IMG/VR virus record: IMGVR_UViG_3300036790_000386
Coordinates: 37,928-101,927 of that record
Length of the DNA stretch: 64,000 nt
Source of the DNA: a virus
Reading direction: 5' to 3' (one strand)
Below the pieces are notes generated by a model. The model searched no databases, was not told the DNA's origin, and saw only the letters and a list, made by a program, of their open reading frames with translations. Shown piece by piece: positions 49,318 to 59,860 of the stretch (within the stretch, counting starts at the first letter, position 1; every line of letters starts with the position of its first letter). The position numbers and the translations under genes are program-made.

Positions 49318-49851
49318 AACGCAGTAGTTTAAATGGCTCTATATGAAATTGTAATTCATATTTAAATCCTTCTTAAGGCTTAATTTACTGGAGCCAAAGT
49401 GCTCCAGACTATTAAACCTTAATTTGAGCGGAGATATAAATGCTTAAGAAGTTAACACCAGATCAAACTGAAAGTTATAAATATTTTCTTCAAACTTATG
49501 AAGCAATGTATAATACATCAGTAACATTTGTAGAAAGAACAGAAGCCTTCTTTTGTGCAATTCACAAAGATAACAAACTTCCATGGTGGCTTGCACATTG
49601 TAAAGCTGTAACAGATGAATATTATCAGTACAACGTGCATAACCTCTATCCTGGAGATTAAAAACAATGGGACTTTCTAAAGCAGATAAAACAAGATCAA
49701 TATGGATGATTTCTTTTGAAAATTTTGTTATCTGTTTACTCCCAGAGCAGCGAGGTAAGGTTGAATGGGATAGTGCAGTGTTTTTCTACAACAGTGGTCT
49801 AACACCGTTACAAGCCGCAGACAAATATGTTTTATCAAGGAGCAAAAAGCC

Positions 49852-50016
49852 ATGACCAAAAAAGATTTTGAGCTAATTGCCAAAACGATTCAGAATATGA
49901 CTCTTGAAATTGATGACAAGGTAATAGTAGCGAGAGCATTTGCAATAGCGCTAAAAGAAACAAATGTTAATTTTAAAATTGACTTGTTTTTAGATGTAGC
50001 TCTCAAACAAGGCTAA
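49852..50016 (+). CDS. Small conserved early phage protein (not in ORF track)
   Basis: MTKKDFELIA...LKETNVNFKIDLFL; AAGGAG RBS. Confidence 0.55.
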   Translation: MTKKDFELIAKTIQNMTLEIDDKVIVARAFAIALKETNVNFKIDLFLDVALKQG

Positions 50017-50052
50017 TCAATTAACACTCATGCTTGCCGCTAAGGGGTATCA

Positions 50053-50301
50053 ATGCAAGTTCCATCTATTCATAATAACAGCACCGATAAACAAGAATTA
50101 TTTTATGGTTATCATACTGCGATGATAGCGGTGGAAACTGCGATTGAAGCAATACAAGACGCTGCACCTCATCCAAGAGATTATTATGTACAAGAAGCTG
50201 GAAGCTTTAGATCAGCTTTGCATGAGCACATGGAACGTTTAAATAAATTGTACCAAATAAAAGGAGAATTGAGTTTAATTATTATTGCAATTCAGCCATA
50301 A
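50053..50301 (+). CDS. Hypothetical early protein (paralogue of 47388..47648)
   Basis: DAAPHPRDYY motif. Confidence 0.6.
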   Translation: MQVPSIHNNSTDKQELFYGYHTAMIAVETAIEAIQDAAPHPRDYYVQEAGSFRSALHEHMERLNKLYQIKGELSLIIIAIQP

Positions 50302-52031
50302 GGACAGCAAAAATGATAATAGCAGATATTGATGGAAGAGAAATCACTTACAGTGAGGATACTGAATTTTTAATTCAAATTGGTAAAGGATCAAAAGGTA
50401 AATACAGAACCAAATATAAAATTATAGGAAATCTATATCAAGCTTATTTTTATTATAAAAGTATCAACATCGGTAATGGTTATAAGAAGCGACTATTAGT
50501 TCCAATATTTAATAAGCCATCACTGTTAAAACAGGTCAGTTTTTAATGCAAAACACAAAAACATATATCACAATATTTAACTATTTAGTTGGAGTTTTAC
50601 CTAATTTATCGAAAGATAAATGTTCTATGTTGGCTTCACAGTTAACAGCTAGATTGGCAATAATGGAGCCAATTAATGAAGTTAAAGCTGACGCCACTCT
50701 GGCTTGTTGTCTATTTTGAACTAATAGCGGTTATTATGGCTATATTTTACATTCTTTATTTGTTTCTATGACTTTGAATATACCAGAGAATTTAAATATT
50801 CTCTGGCGTATTGAGGGCCTAAAGAAATAATATAAATAAAGGAAATTGAAATGCACTCATTTTTTGAAGACAGGAAAATTTTTTACAAGGAAGATCATCC
50901 TAAAATTTTTGAAAGAGTTTTTTCTGAAATGATTAATTCTGGTTTAAGGACTCTTTTAGAGGCTCAAACAGCAATCATTGCCATTAAAGGTACTATAGAG
51001 AAACCAACTGAAATTATCTTCTATGATGAAGATGAATATCAAATCATTAATATTGTAAGATGTCGAATACATTAGTTGATTAATGTTTGTCGGTTAGGGA
51101 CACAAGGGGCTTAACAAATGAAACATAAACCAAATTTATTTATAACTATTCTTATAGTTTGGTTAGTGATTTATGGGATAGTTGTATTGTTGATTTAATA
51201 AAAAGAAAAAATATCTAATGAAAAAAGAATATATCAAAGCTATAGTTAGATTAAATATCTGGGATAGTGTTAAAGATTATGGTATTCCATATTCAGTGAT
51301 TTCAGATATAGCAAATAAAGTTTTACTAGATATGGAACACTCTCAGTTAACTGTGGAGAGAAAAGATGATAAACAACCCTAAAGATAAGCTTCAAATAAG
51401 GAAAATAATCATAAATACAATTTTTGAAGAGTCTGGTAGTGTAACTTATAAAGCAAGTGAGCGTATCGCAATTCAAATTCTTTATGCTCTTGAAAAATCA
51501 GGCTTTAAAATAATTAAAGCTCTATAAGAAAAGGTAATTTAATATGAGTCGCGTCAATTTAGCTAATATACCTACAGTAGATGTTGCTGCCTGTTTTATT
51601 TCTATTTTCTTTGTGTTTATGCTTTTTGTAGTCATCGCTGCTTTAGCAGCTGATAGTAATGATGATGATGAATGTTAATATTTGTTCTTTGAGAGAAGCA
51701 ATTCTTTCAGTAATTTGTGTATTTGGTTTTCTTTCTGCAATGACATATCTTGTTATTGAAGGAACTGAAACAAGCAGACAAATAAAAGCTTTATGTCATA
51801 TTAGAAAGAAGAAACAGAATGGATTTCAAAAAACCGCTAGAAAATAAGAAGCAAGAGGCAGCGGCTCAGTTGTATAATGTGACGCGACAAATACACACTT
51901 GTCATAACTCTGATATAGAATATGCTCGTTGGTGGGCTGTTTATCATCCTGGCGAGGTAGAGATGATGTTTAATGCTGTGCTTGCTAGTTACTCTAACTG
52001 GTTTCAAACCAAGTGAGTTGGAGTCAAAAGA

Positions 52032-52736
52032 ATGATCAAAACATCAGCAGATCGTATCGCAAAGCTTGAGGAAGCTGTAATAGACGCATTGAGTCATCTG
52101 GTTGCTGCGACTTCTTTACTAGAACACGGTGGGAAGAAAGCAGCACCATCTGATAAAATGTTCCAGCAAATGTTGCTTGACTATAACAACTCAATAAAAC
52201 GAGTTCGTAACATTCTCCAGCAGTCGCAGCAAGAGTCAACTCCATATGCAGGCCCCGCACGCGATGGCATCGAAGCCCAAAGAGGTTATAACGATATATT
52301 TCCAGGTGATTCTTATCCACCTGAAAATAAGCTGAAAGCAAGAGACGGCATCGAGGTCCAAAGAGGATTAAATGATGTTTTTCCCGGCGGCACTTACACG
52401 CTGCTGGGTGAAGTGAAAAAAATGTCGGAGTCTGATAAGCCCCTGGCGCTTATACCAGAAGGTCTTTACGAAGCTTCAATCGTCTCTGTGTATCTCACCA
52501 GATCAGGATATGGTGAATGGACTGGTATCAAGGTGTATATTCCTAAAATCTATCGGCATGTTACTGCAATGGCGCGCGGTGATTTAAGCAAACAGTGGGA
52601 TGCTGTTCATGCTGCTAATCCACTACTGATCGTTCGCATCATTCACCGTATGTCAACTCGACACCCAGACAGGATTTATACTAATGTCTTGATCGAAGAA
52701 GTGCGACACCGGCCGCAGGCAGAAGATTCATCATGA
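52032..52736 (+). CDS. Hypothetical protein, possibly a fusion, with internal 20-aa repeat
   Basis: ARDGIE.QRG.ND.FPG occurs twice. Confidence 0.5.
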   Translation: MIKTSADRIAKLEEAVIDALSHLVAATSLLEHGGKKAAPSDKMFQQMLLDYNNSIKRVRNILQQSQQESTPYAGPARDGIEAQRGYNDIFPGDSYPPENKLKARDGIEVQRGLNDVFPGGTYTLLGEVKKMSESDKPLALIPEGLYEASIVSVYLTRSGYGEWTGIKVYIPKIYRHVTAMARGDLSKQWDAVHAANPLLIVRIIHRMSTRHPDRIYTNVLIEEVRHRPQAEDSS

Positions 52737-52945
52737 ACAACCTTTGGTACAACATCAACGCCGTCTGCCAAGCCGTCATCTTCTTTATCGGTGGCATCCT
52801 CTACACCCATTTCCAGGGAACTTTCATCGGATACTTTATCGTAGGTATCGCTGGAGGCTACTGCTCATGTTTCCTTCGCTTCAAATTCTTCAATCGCTAC
52901 CCACGCCGCCATCGGAGTTTTTAACGATATATTTCCTGGAGATAA

Positions 52946-53497
52946 ATGTCCGCCATGACTGATTTAACAATAAAAGATACTATCATTAGACTTATTGCCA
53001 CTTATGATGGGATGACAGTAGAGCATGCAGTAAAACATCTAACTTTGACTAAAGCCGACTTACTTCCACCATGGCGACGTGTTGTAAATGAAGTTAATCT
53101 TATTTTTAAAGAGCAACATATAGCTCTTATATATGAAAATGAACGTTTGCGTGCTGCACTTAGCGTCAGCAAAGATCCTTGCATTTATTGCAAGTTGCCA
53201 GCGGAAGATTTCAATAAATGCGAATTTGGATTTCCTGGTTGCTCTCGTGCTGATGATATTCTTGGTTGTCCTCATCTTGGGGCAGCGCTGAATGCTGAAA
53301 TTAATCTCAAATGTGCAAAAGAGGTGGCCGAGAAACTTGGGCGTATGAAAGCTCTCGAAGAAATTTGTAGTCTAATGTTACCAGGCGCAGATCGTGCATT
53401 TGTTGAATTACTAATCACTCAAACTCAAAAAGATATTATTCAACTTGAAGGAACACAAGATGACAAAGCGGATGGAAATGGATATATTTCACAATAA
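52946..53497 (+). CDS. Hypothetical protein with Cys cluster
   Basis: CIYC...C..GFPGC.RADD. Confidence 0.55.
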   Translation: MSAMTDLTIKDTIIRLIATYDGMTVEHAVKHLTLTKADLLPPWRRVVNEVNLIFKEQHIALIYENERLRAALSVSKDPCIYCKLPAEDFNKCEFGFPGCSRADDILGCPHLGAALNAEINLKCAKEVAEKLGRMKALEEICSLMLPGADRAFVELLITQTQKDIIQLEGTQDDKADGNGYISQ

Positions 53498-53695
53498 TCT
53501 TCGTATCTTGCTGAATATTGAATTTCAAGAACTAGTCCAATTTAAAGTTTTCAATGAAGAAGACATAGATGTAAATTCAAAATGGACTGCCTTTCAACGT
53601 AATCCGTTTAAATTCTTTATCCGTGCTGATACTGAATCAGCTAACAAGATTTGGGGCTTAATTCAAGCAAGACAGCCAAAAAATAGAGAATAACA

Positions 53696-54118
53696 ATGGT
53701 AAAAGAAATTGAACTTACAGATACACCATCATTGGATGTGTGGCTTGCCCAAACCGTGCTAAAAAATCGTCAAATACCAAGGCGTGCTTGGCTCATATGG
53801 CGAGGCAAGATGGATGTATATATAAGAGTAACTGCTCGTGTTTTTGATCATGGCAACGAACGCATGTGCTGCATAGATATAGCCAATGTGCTCACTATCG
53901 AGAGTTACCGGGGGCAAGGACTCTTTTGGGCTTTGATTGAACACATTAAAGCTTCCTACCCGCACGAATACATTGTTATAGAAAGCATTCATAATAAACG
54001 TCTTTTAAGTAGTCTCTTAAATAAACAAGCTGAATTGTTGCCTTCTGATTTTTCAAAAACATCTGTGTTTTTGCGCCCAATTTCAGAGCCTATTAAGTGT
54101 TCTTTTTCTAGACTTTAA
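53696..54118 (+). CDS. GNAT-like acetyltransferase
   Basis: IDIANV....YRGQGLF motif. Confidence 0.6.
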   Translation: MVKEIELTDTPSLDVWLAQTVLKNRQIPRRAWLIWRGKMDVYIRVTARVFDHGNERMCCIDIANVLTIESYRGQGLFWALIEHIKASYPHEYIVIESIHNKRLLSSLLNKQAELLPSDFSKTSVFLRPISEPIKCSFSRL

Positions 54119-54399
54119 CATACATACAATACTAGGATTTTTTTAATGTCAAAAGAAAGTAAAGTTTGCTACCGTAACAGGCGCGTTGTGATTAGCAATC
54201 AAAGTAGGCCAGATTGCGGAGAAACAGGGCGTATCATAGAGGTATTTTCAACATTTGCGACCGTTAAACTTACGCCAACGGCAAATGTTTTGAAATATGC
54301 TTTAACCAATAAAGATAATTGTTTTATAGAATACAGAGACATTGATATAATGTGGGAAGAGCTTTGTTTGTTGCCTTAATTTAGCGGAAAGATAAACCA

Positions 54400-54837
54400 A
54401 TGAAAACTCTTGCAGGTTGTATTGCTACAGTAGAAAGTTCAAATAATCTTGATGCAATTAAATTTGAACGAAGGTTATTTGACAATACACCACCTTGGAT
54501 TTTAGACCAAGTACCGACCATTCAAAAATACAATAAGTGTGATGAAACAACTGCAATAGCTATCGGTTGCACATCTTACGGTGAATATCAGTTGCTTGGT
54601 GCCAACGTCTACGCTAAAGGCGCAGATACGTCAATTATCAGTTGGTGTTATTTAGTTTCTGAGCAAGAGGCAATATTTGAGGCATTTATTAAGACTAAAG
54701 GCTACGAACCTTATGAAGACATAACTTTATGGAATGATCAAAAATTTATTGACTTTGCTACATTTTATAATGGACCAGATGATGTAGAAAACTATGTCAA
54801 AGCAATGAAAGCAACGATACCAAATGGAACTGAATGA
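54400..54837 (+). CDS. N-acetylmuramidase-like (lysozyme fold) protein
   Basis: VES, FERR.F, TSYG.YQLLG.N and FA..YNGP motifs. Confidence 0.7.
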   Translation: MKTLAGCIATVESSNNLDAIKFERRLFDNTPPWILDQVPTIQKYNKCDETTAIAIGCTSYGEYQLLGANVYAKGADTSIISWCYLVSEQEAIFEAFIKTKGYEPYEDITLWNDQKFIDFATFYNGPDDVENYVKAMKATIPNGTE

Positions 54838-55053
54838 AGAAAAACACAGAAACTTTAAGCGTATATCTGCGGGGCGAGTTCAAGATATTACAAATAAACT
54901 TAGATTAATAGAAAATCTGAGTAGCTCAAATTATGATTTCACTGAAGACGAAATAGCTAAAATGTTCTCTGAAATCGATAGAATTTTATTTGCTGTTAAA
55001 GCTTCCTTCGTAAAACGCATAGAGCGCACGCACAAAGCACAACAAAGGAAAGA

Positions 55054-55515
55054 ATGATGGTTGCCTTATTGAAAGTTCAGTTAAGCTACAAAGATAAAGA
55101 ATTTTATAAAGGTCTTGAGTCTGAAGTTTATCAGAGGCTCCGTAAAATCACGCAAGCAGATGGACTAACCTTGAAACAAGAAGATATCAGCTATGTTGGC
55201 TATATAAAAGCAATCATTGAAGATACTGATATAGACTTTTTTCATGATCTTGGTTTTAATGTTGAAATAACAAAGTGGAAAAGTTGTTATCCTATCCAGA
55301 TTGCTGATGCAATGGGCACCAATTCAACAGTTCACATTCATTTACCGAATTTAGGTATCATGATGATTGACGAAGTAACTAATCTCGATGATGCTTGCAC
55401 AGATAATCTTCAAGATCATCTTAATCTAGGCTGGCGTATTATTGCAATTTGCCCTCCCAACGGTGCGCGCCGGCCTGACTACATTTTAGGGCGCACTAGA
55501 ATTAAAGAAGACTAA
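55054..55515 (+). CDS. Hypothetical protein
   Basis: DACTD.LQ..L..GWRIIAICP...RRPDYILGR. Confidence 0.55.
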   Translation: MMVALLKVQLSYKDKEFYKGLESEVYQRLRKITQADGLTLKQEDISYVGYIKAIIEDTDIDFFHDLGFNVEITKWKSCYPIQIADAMGTNSTVHIHLPNLGIMMIDEVTNLDDACTDNLQDHLNLGWRIIAICPPNGARRPDYILGRTRIKED

Positions 55516-55550
55516 AGACTAAACCTTTAACAGAAAGAACACAACCAACA

Positions 55551-55910
55551 ATGACTTCAAAAGCAATTAAGAAATCAAACGTTATTACCTTTATGAAGCC
55601 GGTAAAGCCACGTTTCAAAGACAGAATTTTCTTTGACAAAGAAGATGTAACTGTTGGAACTTCTTTGGCGCGCACCAGCCGGCGTGAGCCTATTAGTTTT
55701 TGGCAGGTGACTTCAATTTTGTCGCTATTCCGCGATAAGAAGGAAGGTCAGGTAAACTTCAGAGCAACTGATAAGCGTAAGGTTGCTCGCAAAGTTTTAA
55801 GCATTCGCCATTTTGGTGATAGGCTAACCATCAAAAATGAAAAAACAGGTGAGATGAGAACTCTTTCATTTGCTTATATCGTTACATCGGCAATTTGGCG
55901 TCTCAATTGA
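55551..55910 (+). CDS. Hypothetical basic protein
   Basis: ORF followed by a GC-rich hairpin. Confidence 0.5.
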   Translation: MTSKAIKKSNVITFMKPVKPRFKDRIFFDKEDVTVGTSLARTSRREPISFWQVTSILSLFRDKKEGQVNFRATDKRKVARKVLSIRHFGDRLTIKNEKTGEMRTLSFAYIVTSAIWRLN

Positions 55911-55921
55911 TACCAATCTCT

Positions 55922-55959
55922 GCCACGCCCGAAGTCTGGGGCGTGGTAAACTTTATTTT
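55922..55959 (+). terminator. Putative intrinsic terminator
   Basis: GCCACGCCCC...GGGGCGTGGT hairpin followed by a T-rich tract. Confidence 0.5.
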
Positions 55960-57500
55960 AAAAAGAGTTTAAAATTAAATGTCAGATAGTATTGTGTGGC
56001 GATGCGTTGCCTGTGGAAGCAAGACTTTTAGTCATATTAAAAATTGTTCTTATTGTGGTGAATTTAAACCACCTGAACCAGCGCCGCCCCCAAAAAAGTA
56101 GAAAGACAATTAAATGCAAAATGGAAGTTCCCAGAATCTTAGAAAAGGCGCTACAGCAGTATTGCCCCGTGATTGGGCAACTGGTTATCTAGATGTTTTA
56201 GCAAAACAAGGCTACAGAGAAGAATATGAAAGCGCTGAAGAAAATTGGCAAGTAAACTACGAAGCTGGGAGATTTACTGCTAGTCAAATATTAGCTTTAG
56301 GCTTTAAACTTCCATTGCTTCTTCAGTGGAATTTGGATGGCAATGTCTGCATACCAGAGGAATTATGTTTTATAATTCAACAATGTGGTTTACACCTCAA
56401 TCCTAGTTTGGTTATACCATTTCCAGAGGATAAATTACCGAATAATTCTAATTTAAAATTTGGAAATATATTAAGAGATTTAAAGAAAATAACTCCAAGT
56501 AAAAAAAGGAAAAGGTTCTGATTAATATGCCAAGTTATCGTGCAATATTTTTAAATATGATTCAATCAACTCTACTAAATCAAGATTATGAAGCTGAAAA
56601 TGATAGTGCAGCTTTAGATTTTGCTCGTTCTTCTAGCAAGTTTCCAATTCTTCTTTCTCGTGTAGCTCGCTATGGTGATCCAGACCCAAAAACAGGACAA
56701 AGAAATCTGTTTGAAATCAAACTCTCACCACAGCGTAATACTGTAGCTGATATCACGATTATAGATCACGGTGAATTATCATGAGTGAAAATGAAAAGAC
56801 TAACGTAAGAGCAACAGCAGCAGATGTGCGTAAAGAACTTTTAGGTTCAGCTTTATGCAACAACTTGCAAGATATTCTAAAGCAGCTAAATTATCTTTTA
56901 GCTGAAAGTGCTGTTGCAGCAGAGAAGCACACCAATTGTACTCTCTGTAATAGACCACACTACGATAACTTTGCGCTGCGCCTTGCGCGTAAAGATATAA
57001 CAGAAGCTGTTAAACAATTAAATAAGCTTCTGTCTTAGAAAGAAAGAATAAAGCTATGGCCATCACATTTGACAGATTAGACAATCTAGTCAAAGTAGTA
57101 AAGAACTATCAGTTTATGTTTGATATGCTGAGAGAACAAACTGATAGCATAACTAAATCTAAGTATCCAGCAGAGACAAAACTGAATATGCTGACAGAGT
57201 ATATTCAGACTCAAACTGTGCTTTCTCAAGAAATTTTAGAACTACAAATCAATGAACTATTTAAGCACAAAACTACAGTAAAACGTCTTAAAGAGGCTAA
57301 TTTAAGAGAAAGAAGAAGGCGTGGGAGTGAAGTGTTAACTATTGGTGAAGTTAAACGAAGTATCAATAAAGTTGAACAAGACTTAGATGATTCTGATGTT
57401 AATGATGAAGCATTTTAACAAGTTTAAAAGAGAGAAGTTGAAACAGAAAAAATTTCTCTCTTTGACCTTTTAAAAGAATTTTCTCCTAGCTAACAAAGTC

Positions 57501-57529
57501 TTGACAGAGCCTCAGACATATCATAAAAC
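57501..57529 (+). promoter_or_regulatory. sigma70-like promoter upstream of the HIRAN/ncRNA cluster
   Basis: TTGACA-N17-TAAAAC. Confidence 0.5.
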
Positions 57530-57598
57530 AGAAGTCAGCCATGTGGGATTGTATGTCCCTTGCTGGCCTAACCCCAACAATTGAACGGCCAGGAAATC

Positions 57599-58018
57599 AT
57601 GAGCGATACCAGCAAAACTGCTTCTTTTCACCCAGCACAGGTAAAGACTTTGCCTATTGTAGGTGCTTTTTGGCGCCCTCCAGCGAAAACAATACTTGAG
57701 AATTTGGCTCTAGATACAAAGCTTCATTTAATCCCAGAGCCTGAAAATCAGTATGACATTAACGCTGTTGCGGTGTATGTTCACCACAAAGATATTCCGA
57801 TTGCTTCTCTTAAGGCTCTTGAATCTCAACTTCCAGGTTGTGGTCATTCGCTTGAGTCACTTGAAGATTTGGTGATTATTCACCTTGGTTATATTCCGAA
57901 AGAGTTAGCCAAAATTCTTCGTGAGCGTGGCTTTAATGGTGCCGAAGGCACATTTCAGACCGGCGCAAAAGGCGGACCATACGTTGAGTTTGTCGATCCG
58001 ACAAAGAAAGTAGAATAA
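57599..58018 (+). CDS. HIRAN domain protein
   Basis: IVG..R, L.PEPENQYD.NAVAV and HLGYIP motifs. Confidence 0.85.
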   Translation: MSDTSKTASFHPAQVKTLPIVGAFWRPPAKTILENLALDTKLHLIPEPENQYDINAVAVYVHHKDIPIASLKALESQLPGCGHSLESLEDLVIIHLGYIPKELAKILRERGFNGAEGTFQTGAKGGPYVEFVDPTKKVE

Positions 58019-58128
58019 GATAAAACAGTTTAATTTTAAAATAATTCAGTTTATGGTGAATTAGTTGCGAGAAGGGCCTGTGATTAATTCCGTAAGTGCA
58101 GCTAGCCCCTGTAACCATAAAGTTTAAT

Positions 58129-58200
58129 AAATATGCAGTAGCGTAGATTAGAATTTCATCATTGTACGAAAGATTCTATTCGCTTAATCTCTGCATATTT
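58129..58200 (+). ncRNA. Y-RNA-like ncRNA 1 (minimal)
   Basis: Terminal stem AAATATGCAG/CTGCATATTT enclosing TAGCGTAGA...TAATCT. Confidence 0.65.
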
Positions 58201-58265
58201 AAATCTGAAATATACGAGCCAAGTACATAAGCAATAACTAGATAGTCGCGAAAGTGGCAATCTTA

Positions 58266-58335
58266 TCAAGCGGTAGCGTTAGATTGCAGTTACTTCAATG
58301 GATGAAAACAACTGTAATTGATTATTCTCCGTTGA
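58266..58335 (+). ncRNA. Y-RNA-like ncRNA 2 (minimal)
   Basis: TCAAGCGG/CCGTTGA stem, TAGCGTTAGA, inner ATTGCAGTT/AACTGTAAT, TTACTTC. Confidence 0.6.
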
Positions 58336-58856
58336 CTGAACTAGTGACCATATAGCGTCTGTGTGAGTTGCCATAGCCTATAATCAATTAAGACGCATTG
58401 GAAATTTAATCTACAAATGTATAATAATAACATTAGTAATGAAACCAGCAAGCAACACAAAAATAAATCAACAATTGTTTGCTGGTTCTTTTCAAACACC
58501 AATTTTAAATAACGCTGCAATAGCGTTCCACAGCGAGAATTCACTACTATAGTCAGTGCTTCTCTCTGTAGACAATCCTTTGCAAAAATCAAATACCACA
58601 GTATAAAGCGGATTTTTTAAAAATCGGCTAACGTGACTAGAAATCCGATTCATATCTTAACATACGTGTAATCGCTGCGTAATCTTTAAGTCATTTTTCT
58701 CTAAATCAGCCTATAGTTGTATTTCATCCTGTAAAGTAAAATTATAGAACGTAGTGCATCTATTGTACATACAATCCCTCTAGGCTTTCTGTAGAAGCTA
58801 TAATAACAGCCAGTTAGATATATGTTTCACTCCAACAATAGGCATAAACAAAACAA

Positions 58857-59063
58857 ATGGAATATAAAAAGATATCTCTAACTGACTTCAAAAATAAAGT
58901 TGGGCCAACTTTACAAGATGTAGAAAAGGCGCCAATCGCTTTAACTGCTTATGGCAGACCAGCTTACATGCTTCTATCGCTAGTTGAATACAACAGATTA
59001 AAAGAAGCTGAAAGCATTACAAATGAAATTTTCGGTAAAAACTTGAAAGAAAATAAAGTTTAA
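58857..59063 (+). CDS. Phd/YefM-family antitoxin-like protein
   Basis: ISLTDFK...PIALT.YGRP...LLS..EY. Confidence 0.75.
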   Translation: MEYKKISLTDFKNKVGPTLQDVEKAPIALTAYGRPAYMLLSLVEYNRLKEAESITNEIFGKNLKENKV

Positions 59064-59073
59064 AGATAAAATT

Positions 59074-59268
59074 TTGTGAGTAGCGTAGACTCTCGATTTC
59101 ATCGTAAACTTTTGTTTAATGCTGAAGTGGTTCGAATCCACCGTTAAATAAAGAAACCATTGATGAGAACCTCGTTCACAACGAAGTATTCAAAATGTGC
59201 TAACTTTTTTATTTAAACGGCTGCAAGCTTGGTGGGCAGCAATTTCGAGGTCGCATAATCTCTCACAA
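59074..59268 (+). ncRNA. YrlA-like RNA 3 with enlarged permuted tRNA-like domain
   Basis: TTGTGAG/CTCACAA stem, core motif, T arm GTGG-TTCGAAT-CCAC, long AU stem, D-like arm. Confidence 0.7.
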
Positions 59269-59378
59269 CTTCAAATGGAAAACACTATGAAAAAGTATTT
59301 TAATTGGATATTGCTCATTGTAAGCATATCTATAATAACAGGCTTTGTAAGTCACATTCACACCTCTTCGCATTAAGC

Positions 59379-59513
59379 GGGAAGCCGCAGATCAACTTGT
59401 AAACTGAAGCGTAAAGATTAGTAAACTAGACGCAATCCAGCAGCATTGATAACTTGATAGTTCCATGTTTCATTGTGTTTGATCTACACAAATATCAAGC
59501 GCGGCTTTCCACC
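59379..59513 (+). ncRNA. Unassigned structured RNA candidate
   Basis: GGGAAGCCGC/GCGGCTTTCC terminal stem followed by ACC; internal CTTGATA/TATCAAG and TTGTGT/ACACAA. Confidence 0.4.
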
Positions 59514-59528
59514 TAATATAAAGAAAAC

Positions 59529-59666
59529 TAATCAAGTAGCGTAGAAATGGATTTCTTCATGGTGACAATAGGTCGTTGGTTCAAATCCAACTAGCAAGGG
59601 ATACCTAGCTATAGCTCAGTCAGGTAGAGCGATTGTATAGAGCCTTTTCGTCTGATCTCTTGATTA
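59529..59666 (+). ncRNA. YrlA-like RNA 4
   Basis: TAATCAAG/CTTGATTA stem; T arm GTTGG-TTCAAAT-CCAAC precedes closed acceptor-like stem and D arm TAGCTCAGTCAGGTAGAGC. Confidence 0.85.
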
Positions 59667-59692
59667 AATTTAACTCCAACAAAAGTAACAAA

Positions 59693-59857
59693 ATGACAAA
59701 GAAAGAAGCTCTTAAATTAATTGACAACCACAAAAACAAACTTATTAATCCAACCGAAATGCTTTCTTGGGTATATTTGCGTGTCATCATTCTAAATCTA
59801 AATGATGAAGTCTGGAAAACAGCATATAACGAAGCTTTGAAAATTCTTTCAGCTTAA
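59693..59857 (+). CDS. Hypothetical protein
   Basis: ATG start downstream of RNA 4. Confidence 0.45.
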   Translation: MTKKEALKLIDNHKNKLINPTEMLSWVYLRVIILNLNDEVWKTAYNEALKILSA

Positions 59858-59860
59858 CTG

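Noticed and set aside
58341-58592. 83-aa minus-strand ORF
   Set aside because: Antisense to the local operon, TTG start, no recognisable motif, within a structured tract
59156-59195. TTGATGAG...CGAAG as a hammerhead ribozyme
   Set aside because: It deviates from CUGANGA/GAAA and stems I and III cannot be drawn convincingly
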